This document shows, piece by piece, positions 1-13,343 of a DNA stretch of 64,000 nt; the first letter of the stretch is position 1, and each line of letters begins with the position of its first letter. Below the pieces are notes generated by a model, which was given only the letters and a program-made list of their open reading frames with translations, was not told the origin of the DNA and made no database searches. Both the position numbers and the translations under genes were made by a program. This DNA is from Felis catus (Eukaryota), in NCBI RefSeq assembly GCF_018350175.1, contig NC_058368.1, positions 7,068,001-7,132,000 of the forward strand, given 5' to 3'.

Positions 1-584
1 CATTTTCCCATAGACTTGTTGGCCTCTAAACCCTCTGGGATATGGGTGTAAATGTTTTTCCTTTTGTCTTCTTACTTTATGATAGGGTTTCATGCGACGT
101 AAAAAGTATTTTGTTACTGCTGTTATTTTGTATAAGCAAATTTACCAATCCTCTAGTACTTCTGGGTTTAAATCAGAGTTAGGGAACTTTCTGGCTTGTG
201 GATGTGAGATGTCTCCATCACAGTTGGCTAAGTTCTCTTATGCAGTTGGATCCGTGTCTGAATTTTCTTTCCTACTTCTTTGGTCTGCCCACCTATTCTT
301 GGCCCCAAGTTAAAACTGTTTTATGATAGAAGCTTTATAATATACCCTACTATATGGTCAGGCTACTCTTGTCTTCTCCCTAGTGTGGATCTTTTCCAGA
401 GTTTTCCCAGTTATTACTGCCCAGTTATTACAAACCATATTTTTGAAAGTTTTAACAAGGATTTGCATTATTGCAATACACGGATCTTGGTTAGACCCTC
501 ACTCAAACAAAAAAATTATTAAAAAAAAAGGTTTGTATCAAAACCAGGGGAACGCCCATGCTGTGCATTTAATTAAGTTAAGGA

Positions 585-640
585 GTGTGTGTGTGTGTGT
601 GTGCATGTGTGTGAGTGTGTGTGTGTGTGTGTGTGTGTAT
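585..640. repeat. (GT)n microsatellite
   Basis: Directly visible. Confidence 0.95.
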
Positions 641-946
641 GTGTTTGATAATGGTATTGAGAAGCTATATTTTTTTTTTGTAGTTCTTTTCCTGTGATGA
701 CAGATTAAATCACGATTTACATTGGCTTCCAAGTAATCCTGGTGGTGGTGGGAAGGGAGATAGATGAAATAAGATGGCCATAAACTGATGCTTTTTGAAG
801 CTGAGTGATGGGTACTTGGAGCTCACTGTATCATTCTATTAACGTTTATGTTTGTTTAAAATTTCCCATAACAAAAAGCTTTAAAAAGAGAAAGGGGCTT
901 CAAGTTCTGAATTTTTTGAAGCGTGGAACAGTGTAGGACTTTTTTA

Positions 947-1165
947 GGGGCGCCTGGGTGGCTCAGTCGGTTAAGCGTCCAACTCTTGGTTTTGGCTCGG
1001 GTCGTGATCTCACGGTTCATGAGTTCGAGCCCCGCAGGGGGCTCTGGGCTGACAGTGCGGAGCCTGCTTAGGATTCTCTCTCCCTCTCTCTGCCCCTCCC
1101 CTGCTCATGCTCGCTCTCTCTCTGTCTCTCTCTCTCTCAAAATAAATCAATAAACTTAAAAAATA
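947..1165 (+). mobile_element. Can-SINE (tRNA-derived)
   Basis: GGGGCGCCTGGGTGGCTCAGTCGGTTAAGC head, B box GTTCGAGCCC, (CT)n, AATAAA/A tail. Confidence 0.92.
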
Positions 1166-1576
1166 TATACGACTTACAAAAATCAGATTTAGCAGAGAGT
1201 GGCCACTTTGTCCAAGGAAATTTGCAGTCAGAAGTGGGTACGACAGAAGTCGCAAGAAGAGAGGAAACGCTTTGCAGTGGGCAGAGTCCTAACATGGCCC
1301 AAGGTCAGGGACATTTGCTAGTCGTTCTCGCCATTAAACATTTACCTGTAACTGAACTGCATCCTCTCCTGGGACTTAAAGGTCCAATACAGGCCTGTCA
1401 GATGCACACACCCGATGAGCTCCCGAAAAGCTGGGTTTAAATATTCTGTTAGCCTAGCATGTGGCCCAGACGTTTGCTTTGGGTGGTCCTTGAAGTTGGT
1501 AAGTGTTTCAAAAGGACAGAGCAGATAAGATGTCATAAGTGTCCCTTTTATGGAACTCCTTTTACTTCTCAGTGAC

Positions 1577-1802
1577 TTTTTTTTTTTTAATTTTTTTTTC
1601 AACGTTTATTTATTTTTGGGACAGAGAGAGACAGAGCTTGAACGGGGGAGGGGCAGAGAGAGAGGGAGACACAAAATCGGAAACAGGCTCCAGGCTCTGA
1701 GCCGTCAGCCCAGAGCCCGACGCGGGGCTCGAACTCCTGGACCGCGAGATCGTGACCTGGCTGAAGTCGGAGGCTTAACCGACTGCGCCACCCAGGCGCC
1801 CC
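1577..1802 (-). mobile_element. Can-SINE, young felid SINEC_Fc type
   Basis: Reverse-complement consensus; short TSD agtgac. Confidence 0.92.
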
Positions 1803-1905
1803 AGTGACGTATTTTTTCAAAACAAAGAGCTATCATAGGATGTAGACCGTATACCTCCTAATTTATCCTTTCCACACTTCAGCACTTAGGTGATTTTCGT
1901 TCAAT

Positions 1906-2121
1906 GTTTTTTTTTTTTTAAATGCTTATTTCTTTTTGAGAGAGAGAGACAGAGTGCAAGCAGGGAAGGGGCACAAAGGGAGGGAGATGCAGACTCCGAA
2001 GCAGGCTCCAGGCTCTGAGCTGTCAGCACAGAGCCCGACATGGGGCTTGAACTCAAGAACTGGGAGATCATGACCTGAGCCGAAGTCGGGTGCTCAGCCG
2101 ACTGAGCCACCCAGGCGCCCC
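1906..2121 (-). mobile_element. Can-SINE
   Basis: Reverse-complement consensus with T tail. Confidence 0.9.
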
Positions 2122-2998
2122 AATTTTTGTTCAATGCTTAAAACCAGCATTTAATCCCACTGATTGGTACCCTCTGTCCATTGCATAGTCTGAGGACTGG
2201 GAGATTGAGGTCTTAGCTCGCCAGAAGTTAGCACTTTGCCAGTCCTTTTCAAAACTTAAGAGATTGTGTGAGGAAAAAAAAAAACAGATGGAACTGGATA
2301 GTTGGAATTAGGGAGGAGGGAAATAAATACATTCCCTTTGATTCCTTTTTAAATTTAATCCTGGCTACATATATTACCTGTTAAACAGGAATAGATATAA
2401 CTACTTTGAGAAATAGCTCTGTATTGCCTGATAGTAAAGACAGAGATACGATGACCCACAAACCCAGCTCCTGAAACACACTTTGAAGATGCAATATAAA
2501 TGCAACGAAAAGGATAAACACATACTTGAATATTGATGCATTGGATAAACACGCAGCAATGAGGATGAATAAACCATGGCTACACTCAGTAACACGGGTC
2601 AATAGTACAAAAGTGATGTTGGGGGAGGAAGCAAGACAAACAAGAATATAGTTGAATTATTTCTGGACCAAGTTGCTTGCGGATCACGCAGAGATGTTAC
2701 AGTAGGGAAAACAGTGATCAGAATACTGAAAAATAGAAATGTGTTAAACTCTATAAGTAACTACAAAGGATGTGATCATCATAGAAGACAGGATAGTGGT
2801 TGTCTTGTGGGGAGGGGGAGAGAAACCAGAAAGGACACATAGACACATCTGGGGTTCTGGAAAGGTCCAACCGATCATCCTGGTTGGTAAATGCATGGGT
2901 CTACAATGTAAAGAGACTTGTTAAACTGAACATTTATTTATATGCACCTTTGTGGATATGGTTTGCATCTCTCAATTAAAAAGTTAAAATAGGCAGTA

Positions 2999-3219
2999 GG
3001 GGCGCCTGGGTGGCTCAGTCGGTGAAGCGTCCCACTTCGGCTCAGGTCATGATCTCACAGTTCACAAGTTCGAGCCCCGCATCGGGCTCTGGGCTGACAG
3101 CTCGGAGCCTGGAGCCTGCTTCGGATTCTGTGTCTCCCTCTCTCTCTGCCCCTCCCCTGCTTGCACACTGTCTCTCTCTCTCTCTCAAAAATAAACATTA
3201 AAAAATTAAAAAAAAAAAT
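2999..3219 (+). mobile_element. Can-SINE
   Basis: Consensus head, CT tract, A tail. Confidence 0.9.
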
Positions 3220-3860
3220 AGAAGATGAAAAAGCCAGCTACAAAGTGGGAGAAAATATTTACAAACCCTAGATCTAAACAAAAGACTACTATCTATAATA
3301 CATAAAGAGCCCCTACTACTCAACAGTGAAAAAAGCAAACAATCTCCTTGAAATGTGGACAAAAGACATTGCACTGAGGGCGTACAGATGGCAAACAGGC
3401 CCATGGGAAGATGCTCAACGTCATTAGCCGTTAGGGAAGTGCAAAATATAATCGCAGTGAGATCCCACGCTGCATTTGCCAGGACGGTAAAAAACGAAAC
3501 GCAGTGCCAACACCCAATGCCGATGAAGTTGCAGAGAAACTGGATCATTCACCCACTGCTGGCGGGAACGTAGAATAGTACCACCACTCTGGAAACAGTT
3601 TGGCTTGAGAACTAAACGTGTAACTCACCTATGACCCAGCACTTCCACTCCTGGAAATCTATCCCGGTGCAATAAAGACTTACGTTCACGCAATACCCCG
3701 TACGCCAACGTCTATCTGTGATAGTCCCGAACTGCAACCGACTTGGATGTCCTTCAATAAGCCAACAAACCAGGTACATCCGTAGCATGGAATTCTACTT
3801 GGCAATAAAAAAGGAATACACCACGGAGACACACAGCAACTTGGATGGAGCCCCAGAGAT
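3220..3860 (+). mobile_element. Old L1 (L1M-type) ORF2 3' fragment
   Basis: Degenerate L1 3' motifs (gatgctcaacgtcattagcc, ccactctggaaacagtttggc, atgacccagcacttccactcc). Confidence 0.75.
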
Positions 3861-4107
3861 TCATCTTTTTTGGTCAATGACCTACCTGGCTTTTTGCCAT
3901 TTCCCCGGGCTCACTGGACTTCTCCAGTCCTTCCTTCTCTGTACGTCATGTGTCTCTGATTTCAGGCTTATTTTAAGGCTTTGGCTGTCGGGAGCCTGAG
4001 GAGAAGTTTGAGGAAACGTGCCACGGTTTCGTCCACCGTCCTAAAAATGGAGATTTAGAGCAACGAGCCATGTTTACAGTGAAATGCTCTCGAGTCTTTT
4101 TCGTGCG

Positions 4108-4627
4108 CAGTGCTGAAACTATTTGGTCTCGGGACCCCTTTAGATCCCCATAGGTTACTGAGGACCCCAAAGAAGTTTTCTCTATATTGGGTTCTGCTTA
4201 CTCATATTTACCGTATTAAAACAAAAATCAAGGCATTTAAAAAATATTGTATTAATTCGCTTAAAAAATAACAGGAATCAATCCCTTACAATTTAGCGTA
4301 AGTATTTTTTACCGAAAAGAGTTCCATTTTCTGAAACAACCTAACATTTAGTGAAAAGAGTAGCTCTGCTTTCCATTTTCTTTCCATTTTCCATTTTTCC
4401 CTTTTTCCAAGCCTCCTTAAATGTCTTGCTTTCTAGCTTGCAAATCTCTTTTAACAGCTGGGTTCTCGTGCCTGCGTCAATCTCTTCTGATCTGTTGGTT
4501 GGGTTGATATACGTAAGGAGACCCGACCTCCCACTGCCACGGCGTTGGAAAAGGGGGGACACCCGGAGGACTCCCCGGAAGCGAGGGCTCCCCCAAGGCT
4601 CCGTGGACCTCACTTTGAGAACCACGG
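4108..4627. mobile_element. hAT-Charlie1-type DNA transposon remnant
   Basis: Starts CAGTG..ttggtctcgggaccccttt and ends ggacctcactttgagaaccacgg; the interior resembles Charlie1 as I recall it. Confidence 0.65.
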
Positions 4628-7029
4628 ATCTAGTGGCTTTCCTCACGTCTCATTTATGTTCTTCTTTCTTCCAAGTTGCAAGAGCGCACGAAGAGCTTGA
4701 CTTTTCGTCCAGGTCTTCTTGGCTGTCCTCTTAGGCAGCGCAGGGGCTAGCCCACCGAAAATACGGTAATGAAGGAAAACGGCACCTCCTTAAGGCTTTT
4801 TTGGTGGGGAGAGGGGGTGATGTCTGTTTTTTCTTAAAAAGAATACTCTGAAGACGAGGTCTGAGTGAGCCCAGGAGGCCCCAGCATTTGGCCGAACTGA
4901 ACAATGCCACGAAACCAGCCCGAGCCCCCGAGGGTGCACAGGTGACCCAGTCCTGGGAAAACGGGGCGTTTTAAGCAGCGGCGTCTATCTTAGCTTTCCT
5001 TTTAACGAGATTAGTCTTGCTTTTCCCCTCCTCTTTATTTCACTGTCGGCAGGCCACCTCTTGGCTCTCACGGTAATGTGATTAGCTGGCCTGTGGCCCA
5101 CACCGGGACCACTGTCACAAAGATCTCTGCTTACTTGAGTGCACCTCTTTCCTGAATGCAACATCTTGTGTTTATAGTCACAGGGGTATTGTTAACTCTT
5201 GGATTCCAATAGAATGGGATATTTACGACCTCCTCTTACCTCCCCCACCCCCATAAAAGTCGATTCAGGGAGACATTTCGGGAAGAAACAGACAGAAGAC
5301 AGATGTGTTTCCTTCCCCAGATGCTGAAGAGCCTCAGCTGGTCTGCATACGGAATGACTTTTTATGGCTCCTTGCACATGCCTCTTCTGACTTTTAAAAA
5401 GGTGCCAAAGTCAAAGTCAGATATAGGCGGTTACTGAGAACATTTTAGCCATCTCACCGGACGCTCCAGCTGGCTAGAACCCCTCTGGCTGAGGATGTAT
5501 AAGAAGCGTGCGTGCCTTTCACATTTTTCCAAGGTTAACTGTGATTTCTTCGCGTTTGTATTTAAGACTGGGCACGTCCCAGACGAAACGGTACGGCGTC
5601 TTATTCGGCCACCAGCTCTCTTTCGTAAACGTATCATGGGTTCCGTAGTTGTTTTAAAAGCAGTTTACGTAAGTAAAGCAAAAAGGAAAGGAAATTAATG
5701 AAGAATGTGGACCCTCACGTTCGCTTGCTTTCACAAATATGTTATTATCGTGGTTCTGATTTTGTATGGCGCTTTACAAGTTGTAACTCTCTTTGACGTA
5801 CGGTCAGCTCACGCGATCTTTGCAACAGCACTGTTTCGAAGACGCTTCTTTTCTCTTAATGCAAATCGTTAAATCCGATCATCTCTGAAGGGAGAGTGTG
5901 GTTTTAGTGACTTTGGTAATTTGGGTTGAACTGAACGGAAAATGTCCAGGAGCGGGAGAATTTTTCCCGTCCGGAGCGCTGCATTTTTTATCAGCTCTTT
6001 GCTGTGTTCCTCTCACCTTCGAGACGGTCCGCTCATAGTTGAAAGCACTTAGTTTGATCCCAGCGCACAGGGTCTTCAATAAGCACTTCTGGCTTGATTT
6101 CAGAGGGATACATGCAAGAGTTTTGGGTGCTCCAAGATCTGTTCCTACTGGCATTTCTCCTTCAGAGCCGAATCAATCAAATCCATCATGGATAAAAAAA
6201 AAAAAAAAAATGGCAAGAGAGAGCAGAGTCCATGAGTAGGTTTCGCCAAGAACACGTACCATTCTGCCTACAAGATGCAGTTCAAATATCCTGTCTTCGG
6301 TGAAAGTCCTCGATATCCCCCAGTCCAAAAATGCTCTTTTCTGGGCTCTTCGATTACGTGTGCTCACTGGTAGGCTGACAAATGTCTAACAACCAGATCT
6401 TGGCGGCAGTGGGGGGGTGGGAGGGTGGGAGAGGGATGGGTAGAGAATGAGCCCTGATTTGTAGTGTTTGTGATTCTCGTGGAATAAACACTCTGGCTGA
6501 TTTCAAACCACCACTGAGACGTCACCGAACCCGGAGTTGATAAGATGGGCTGTTGCCCACCCAGGCCCTTGTTCCAGCACATTTCTGCATGTCCTTGTGT
6601 TTCTTCTGCTTAAATTATGAGTTAGATGCCCACAAGTTTGTCTCTCCGGGGAGATTTATAGTTAGGGAGAAGGCGAAGAGAGTGCCCTATGTCTTTACAC
6701 GATCCATTGTGCCTGGCACAGTGGCCCACAATAAAAACCCCCTGTAAATTGTCCCTTAATTGCGTCTTTACTGTTTTTAGTGTTGCTGTTGTTATTGTGA
6801 GTTCATATGTATCGACTTTCAATTTACTCTTAGGAGACCTTCATTCGTGTTATCTCGTTTGCTGCCGACGAATACAAGGATGTATGAGAGACTACGAAAA
6901 GCGGTATGGTCGTTTCTCAAAAAATTAGAGACAGATTAACGCTACTGACCTGTATACTTAGAAGTTGTTAAGTGATAAATTCTATGTTATGTGGGTTTCT
7001 TTTTTTTAACCACCATTAAAATTTTTTTT

Positions 7030-7730
7030 AAATAGAATTACTCTATGATCCAGGAATTGTACTTTAGGGTATATCCCAGAAGCATCGAAAACATGGACTT
7101 GAACAGATATTTATACACCCATGTTCATAGCAGCATTATTCATAATAGCCAAAAAGTGGACATAAGTCAGTTGTCCGTTGGCAGATGAACGAATAGACAA
7201 AATGTGGCACATATACAATGGAATATTTATTATTCAGCCTTAAAAAGAGCATTCTGACACACGGACCTCATGGATGAAACTTGAGGGCATTATGCTCAGT
7301 AAAATAAGCCGGTCACAAAACAACAAATTCTGTATGATTCCACCTCTATAAGTACCTGTATACTTTTTAACTGTTTATGTATTTTTGAGAGAGAGAGAGA
7401 GACAGAGCGAGAGTAGGGGAGGAGCAGAGAGAGAGGGAGACACAGAATCCACAGCAGGCTCCAGGCTCCGAGCTGTCAGCCCAGAGCCCGATGCGGGGCT
7501 CGAACCCACAAACCGTGAGATCGTGACCTGAGCCGAAGTCAGACCCTTAGCTGATTGAGCCACCCAGGCGCAATCTACATAGGTGTCTAAAGTAGTCAGA
7601 AAGGGGAATGGTGATTGCCGGGGGCTGGAAGGAGGAGAGAACGGGGGACTTCGTGTTCACTAGACGCGGGGTTTCAGTTTTGCAAGATGAGAACGTTCTG
7701 GAGGTGGTTGGTGGTGATTGCTGCCCACGA
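7030..7730 (+). mobile_element. Old L1 3' fragment interrupted by a minus-strand Can-SINE (7375-7571)
   Basis: L1 motifs (cccatgttcatagcagcattattcataatagcc; gcattatgctcagtaaaataagcc) on both sides of the SINE. Confidence 0.8.
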
Positions 7731-9075
7731 TGTCTGGAGCCCAGCGCGCGGTGTGAATTTCCTAATCTCTCCTCCTCTTGCTCTTTCCCACTCCACAGAA
7801 CATCTCTCCCCCCCCCCCCTCCGCCCCCCTCGTCTTCCGCGGCCGTCACTCTCCTCCGTTCCTTGTTACGTGTGTGCGCACGCAATCCCCGGCAAATACT
7901 TCTCAGTCACCAGGGTGATAAAATGCATCATCTCAACTACAGTGATCGATGGCTTCCTTCTGCAAAAACCCACCTTTTGTGGGTCCCGTTTTCAAGGAGT
8001 CGGGGGTAGCCCCTGTAACTGTCTCCGGTGAAATCCATTGCCCTCCTGGCTTGGACTCCCAAGGACAGTGGACACAGGATGAGTCAGAGGGGGTGCGGGG
8101 AGGGCCACATCTCTTTCGGGCCCCCACCTGCCTGCGAGGGATCTCGGGGGAGTGCTTTTGAAGCACCCCCGAGGCAGAGTGGGCAGTTCAGCGAACCGGA
8201 AGCCGGGAGATGCGGGTTATCATTTCGGCTCAACCACAGAATTGTGTGGCTCCCGGCAAATCATTTCCCCCACATTCATTCAACATTTAAGAAAACCTTC
8301 CGTATCTGAACTTATTTATCTATAAACCGGGAATCATATAGGTTCTCTAGTTTGTTTGTTTGTTTGTTTGTTTGTTTTTGTATAAAGTGCAAATGTATGG
8401 GGTTGTGCTTTAAAAGCACAAAGTGTGATATATGCCCACATATGTAGAGAGTGTGAGAGCCCTATAGTGTATCTTGTAGACACATCGATGTGAAGTATTA
8501 TATTTCTTTGCACCTTAAACTGGTGATCTCGTGGAGGCTAGAGACCTACAGGTACTTTACCATGCTGATCCAAATGTAGAAACACTTACTGTTAGCATTA
8601 GCATGAAAAATGCGTGTCAAATATTTATTAAACTTCCATTTTTGTTGTGTGCTGGTCCTTGTAGTCCGGGTGGTTATTTGTCTTTGAAAACAGGGTGGCT
8701 CAGTCGGCTAAGCGTCTGACTCTTGATTTGGGCTCGGGCCATGATCTACCTACTCCTAATGTCTTAGGAAAGGCTCTCAATTCCAGGTCCTGGAGGTGAT
8801 GTCTCACCTAACATCTCCCACAGTTCTGAGTTCCGAAAAGTTACAGAAATCTCCGGTGACCATTCAAGTTTTCTCCCCCATTTTTATCCATCCAGGCCGT
8901 TGTGGGTATAATACATCGTCTTATCCTCAGAGGTGAAGTCTGGCTAAAATGTAGATGGGAACATTTCAGTAAGAATTTTCTTCCAACTATTTTAGCCATT
9001 TGATCTATAATTATTGAGGGCACATGTTCAGAGGACAGGTTTCTCCTTCGGGTTAAGGATTATCGAGTCAGCAAC

Positions 9076-9078
9076 TTT

Positions 9079-9122
<44 letters not shown>

Positions 9123-9306
9123 TCATGTTTATTTGTTTTTTAGAGAGAGAGAGGGCGAGCAGGGGAGAGGCAGAAAGAGCGGGGGACAGAGGATCCAAAG
9201 CAGGCTCTGTGCTGTCGGCAGAGATCCTGATTCGGGCTTGAACTCAGGAACCATGAGATCATGACCTGGGCAGAAGTCCAACGCTTGACCAACTGAGCCT
9301 CCCAGC
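9076..9306 (-). mobile_element. Can-SINE with (TTTC)n tail
   Basis: Reverse-complement SINE body; TTTC microsatellite at 9076-9124. Confidence 0.85.
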
Positions 9307-9496
9307 CGATGAGTCAGCAACTCGTCGTTAAACAAATGATGTTTTAGGATTCACAGCTAGTCCCCCCAAGGTGCTGTTAGTAGACTGTTTCACTCAGTTC
9401 CACAGCTGGGGAAGGAGTTCCAGCTTCCCCCTCCTCCTCCTTACCCACCAGCCTCCAAAGGGAACTTGACTTCTGGTGTTTAAAGACAAACATACT

Positions 9497-9775
9497 GGGC
9501 GCCTGGGTGGCTCAGTTGGTTAAGCATCTGACTTCGGCTCAGGGCATGATCTCGCAGTGGTAGGTTAGTTCGAGCCCCGCACCAAGCCCTGTGCTGACAG
9601 CTCAGAGCCTGGAGCCTGCTTTGGATTCCGTCTGTCTGTCGGTCTGTCTCTCTCTCTCTCTCTCTCTGTCCCTCCCCAACTCGTGCTCTCTCTCTGAAAA
9701 ATAGATAAACATTAAAAAATAATAAAATAAACACATAAAATGTTAAAAATAAAAATGAAAAAATAAAGACAAAAT
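9497..9775 (+). mobile_element. Can-SINE
   Basis: Consensus head, CT tract, long A-rich tail. Confidence 0.88.
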
Positions 9776-12465
9776 ACCAACGAGGGCCCAACACTAGACA
9801 CCTGCATAAGCTCACGAGTCCTTGTTCAACTAGCTAGTTTTCCGTTCTTGGCCAGTTGTAGAACGCCGCCCCCGCCTGGGCTGGGGCTGCGGGAAATCCG
9901 AGAAAGAATGGAAGCCATAGTTTGTTCCAGATGATGCATGCCCACACACCCTCTCCTACGGGTCTCTCACAGCCTCTTCAGGAACAGGAGGGAAGTGACT
10001 GCTATGTTCGGGTTCCCATCAAACAGATGGTACAGAGGGGGCAGACCCAAGTGGGTCGAGACAGGGAGGCCCAGGGAGATGTGTGCCCTACAAAACCCCT
10101 CACTGCCTGTCCCCTGCACCCTGCACGCTGGTCACTAACAATAGGACACGAGTTGCGAGCTAGATGGCTAGATGTACTAGGAAAAAAGGGGACATTTAAA
10201 CCTCATCAATTAAGCCCAACGAGGAACGCTTCCTCCTTCTAAAACGAAAATGCTTTTGTCGTCAAAAGACCTTTACGTGAAAGCGGTTATGTCAATACGC
10301 CATCTGGGCACAAAGAAACGAGTTCATCCGAATGTACGCAAATGCTATTCGTGTTACAGTTATTCAAACCGCAGGTGACAGTTGTGTTCAGCCAGTGCTG
10401 CCTGCATTCCAACCTCTCCGGGTGCCTCTTGGAAACCAGATCATTCTATCTCAACATTGCTGTTTCCCCTAATAAAAAAAGGAAGTTTTGAGGCTGCCTA
10501 CTTTTCTCCGGGTTCTTGGGTCAAGTAGAGTTTGTTCTTATTTTCATTTTGTCCCACCTGTTACGAAATATCAGTTCTGGGTAGAAGGTGCTATAAGCAT
10601 AGAATAATCATAGAATTACTTATTAGCACGAGTATCTCAATATATTTTTCCCATCATGCCTTTCAAAGGGCAGAGTTTAGTGCTCAAAACTCTACGATGG
10701 CTTCCCAATCAATAATTTGTTTCTTTGAACTTTTTTCTCCCAAGAAGGTCAGGGTGAGGGTTCTTCTGAGAAGAGAATAGTTTCGAAGTATCCTAGACTT
10801 CCTTACCTGACTGCGGGTAGGAAGGGAGACTGGGAGCAGATCTAAAACGGTCCCAGATGGGAGGAGGGCAGGGATGTAGCCTCCGCTGGGATCCCCAGAA
10901 TCCTCGTTTGTTTCAACAAAAAAAAGCAGGGGTGGGGGGGGTGGAGAAATGCTTTTGTCTTGTTATCTTTTTAAGCGAATGGACCCTTTTCGAAAGACAT
11001 TTAAGGTCATCACTGAGAATTAGATATTGTGAAAAATGAAAAGCAACAAATTCCACACTTGACCGATAAAAAGATTTAAAAAAAAAAAAAAAGAAGGACA
11101 TGTTTGGTGATTTGATAAAGCCTTACAAAAAAACGTAGAAGTCATTTGTGTGACTTCTGTCATATGTAGAAGACATATCCTCAGACATGTCCCCCGACAC
11201 TGGAATTTGGGGTTTTACGATCTGCCTGTAATTGAAGTTTTTGGTTCAGTTTTTAAGGGAAAGAAAATTAAACACTTTAAAAGCCAACACCTTGTTTCTC
11301 AAGACATTTTTATGGCTCTTAGTCACTGGCTGGCAGTCTCTTCCTAATTCTCAAACTGCTTCTAACACTTCCTCTTTATGGTGGGGGGCTGGGCTTCCGG
11401 CAGGGCGCCAGTGCGGACCTGCCTGGGCCCATGGCCCTGCAGAAGGGTTGGCTGCAGCCCTCGGGGAGGGGGGGACCCAGGGCCTCCAGGTGGGGGGCTG
11501 ACGCTGAGGGGGGGGGTGAGCCCAGGCCTAGCTGCTGGCCAGATTACAAACTGAGGGAAGCGAGAACGAAAAATACAATCACTGTGTCTGAAAACAATAA
11601 CTAACCTTCCTTAAGTCACAGCCGTCTTCGCGCAGGACATTCCCTGGTGCACCAGGACGGCTGGTGCAGGCTCGCAGGAACCTTCCAGCTATCAAACCGG
11701 TTATTGAACATAACCTTTATGGGGAACTAAAGTACGTACAAACAAAGGACAAACAATACTCAAAGATCATCACTTTCTGGTTGGCTTTTACTACCTGTTA
11801 CTGTCATCTGCGTCCCCCAGGTTGTTTGGGTCGCTGTGGCTGTACCGTAGACACCTTCTGAGGGTGTATAAGTGGGTATCTTCCCACCCGCTAGTTCAGT
11901 GACGTCATGGCACCGTCGATCGAAATCAGCCACGACGGGAGCGTTTTCGTCATAGACGTCGGCTAAATGCTGTAAATCAGAGCTTGGTTTATTGTTTCTT
12001 TGATCGTCTAGGCTTAAGAAGCTGACGGAGAAAGCGCCGATGACGCGGATTAAACTTAAAAGTGTGTCAATGGGTTAGCCGCGCAGCTGCGGAGAGCTGA
12101 AAAATTAAAAATCTGTTCTTCCGGTATTCGAAAACGTTACCTGATGTAGCAGTCACACGCATCCTTGGTAAATGACTGATGCTCTGACAGAGTCTTTGTT
12201 GTTTTACTCTCGTCTTACTCTTAAAACCTATCAACCAACATGTGTGTTGGAACCGCATTTGTTCGGTTGCGACTACAGCTTGGTCCCGGGTACAAGAGTT
12301 CAAGGAACATCCACTGAAAGCTTCCTGTGAGAACCCACCGGCTCTGTGGAATTTCCGATGGGGAGTGCTGTGTGTTTCCTTATTTGTACGTTGGGGTTGT
12401 GTACCACACGTCTTCTACATCGGTACCGTTTGTGATAAAGCCATATGTTGAACATAGGACGCACA

Positions 12466-12475
12466 CCCATGCACG

Positions 12476-12505
<30 letters not shown>
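12466..12505. repeat. (CA)n microsatellite
   Basis: Directly visible. Confidence 0.95.
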
Positions 12506-12506
<1 letters not shown>

Positions 12507-13135
12507 TGGTGCATTGTGACTCCAGGCTCCCAGGACAGTGGCTTGAGAAATTTTTGGACAGCAGCCCACTTTGACAAGCGAAAGAACGTGGCCTGCCCAC
12601 TTCAAACAGTTTCCGCACGGTATAGAAAAAGATCTCGAGTGCGGTCGGCAGAATTATGCGCATTTTTGATTTAGCAGTCGGGACATGGGTGGTTTACATT
12701 TGAACCTCAGTGCATTGACGTGTGTGCGTGTAACTACTGGGAAAGTAGAGAAGGATGCTGAAATACGCCCACCCCACACAGCCCGGCTCATCAAACAACC
12801 CACAACAAGCCAAGCTGACGGTAAGGAGGCGAAACCAACAGCGGGTTATAATTTAAGAGCAAGAAAAGTGCCGCACTTGTAAAGCCTGACCAACTCAAGA
12901 CGGTGCTGATAACAAAGCCTGCGTCCCCCAAACTGCAGGAATCCCAGCTATGCGGCACATGCTAATCCCTGCTGGGCAGCCAGAGCCCTGGGGAGGAGCC
13001 GAGGGGACCTGTCAGTATATTTCAGTCCTGTGCTGATTTTGGTTCGTGAATGACAAACGATGCTCGCTCCTCGTGACTCGTGGCTTAGATCACAAATAAT
13101 TAGGCGTTAGTCACCTATAAAAACATAAGTGTCTT

Positions 13136-13343
13136 GGGGCGCCTGGGTGGCTCAGTCGATTAGCCATCCAACTTCGACTCAGGTCATGATCTCGCGGTCC
13201 GTGAGTTCGAGCCCCGCGTCGGGCTCTGGGCGGACAGCTCGGGGCCTGGAGCCTGCTTCCGATTCTGTGTCTCCCTCTCTCTCTGTCCCTCTCCCGCTCA
13301 TGCTCTGTCTCTCTCAAAAATGAATAAATGTTAAAAAAGAAAC
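13136..13343 (+). mobile_element. Can-SINE
   Basis: Consensus sequence. Confidence 0.9.

Noticed and set aside
947..1040. tRNA-like A and B boxes as tRNA genes
   Set aside because: SINE heads followed by SINE body, CT tract and A tail; no complete cloverleaf
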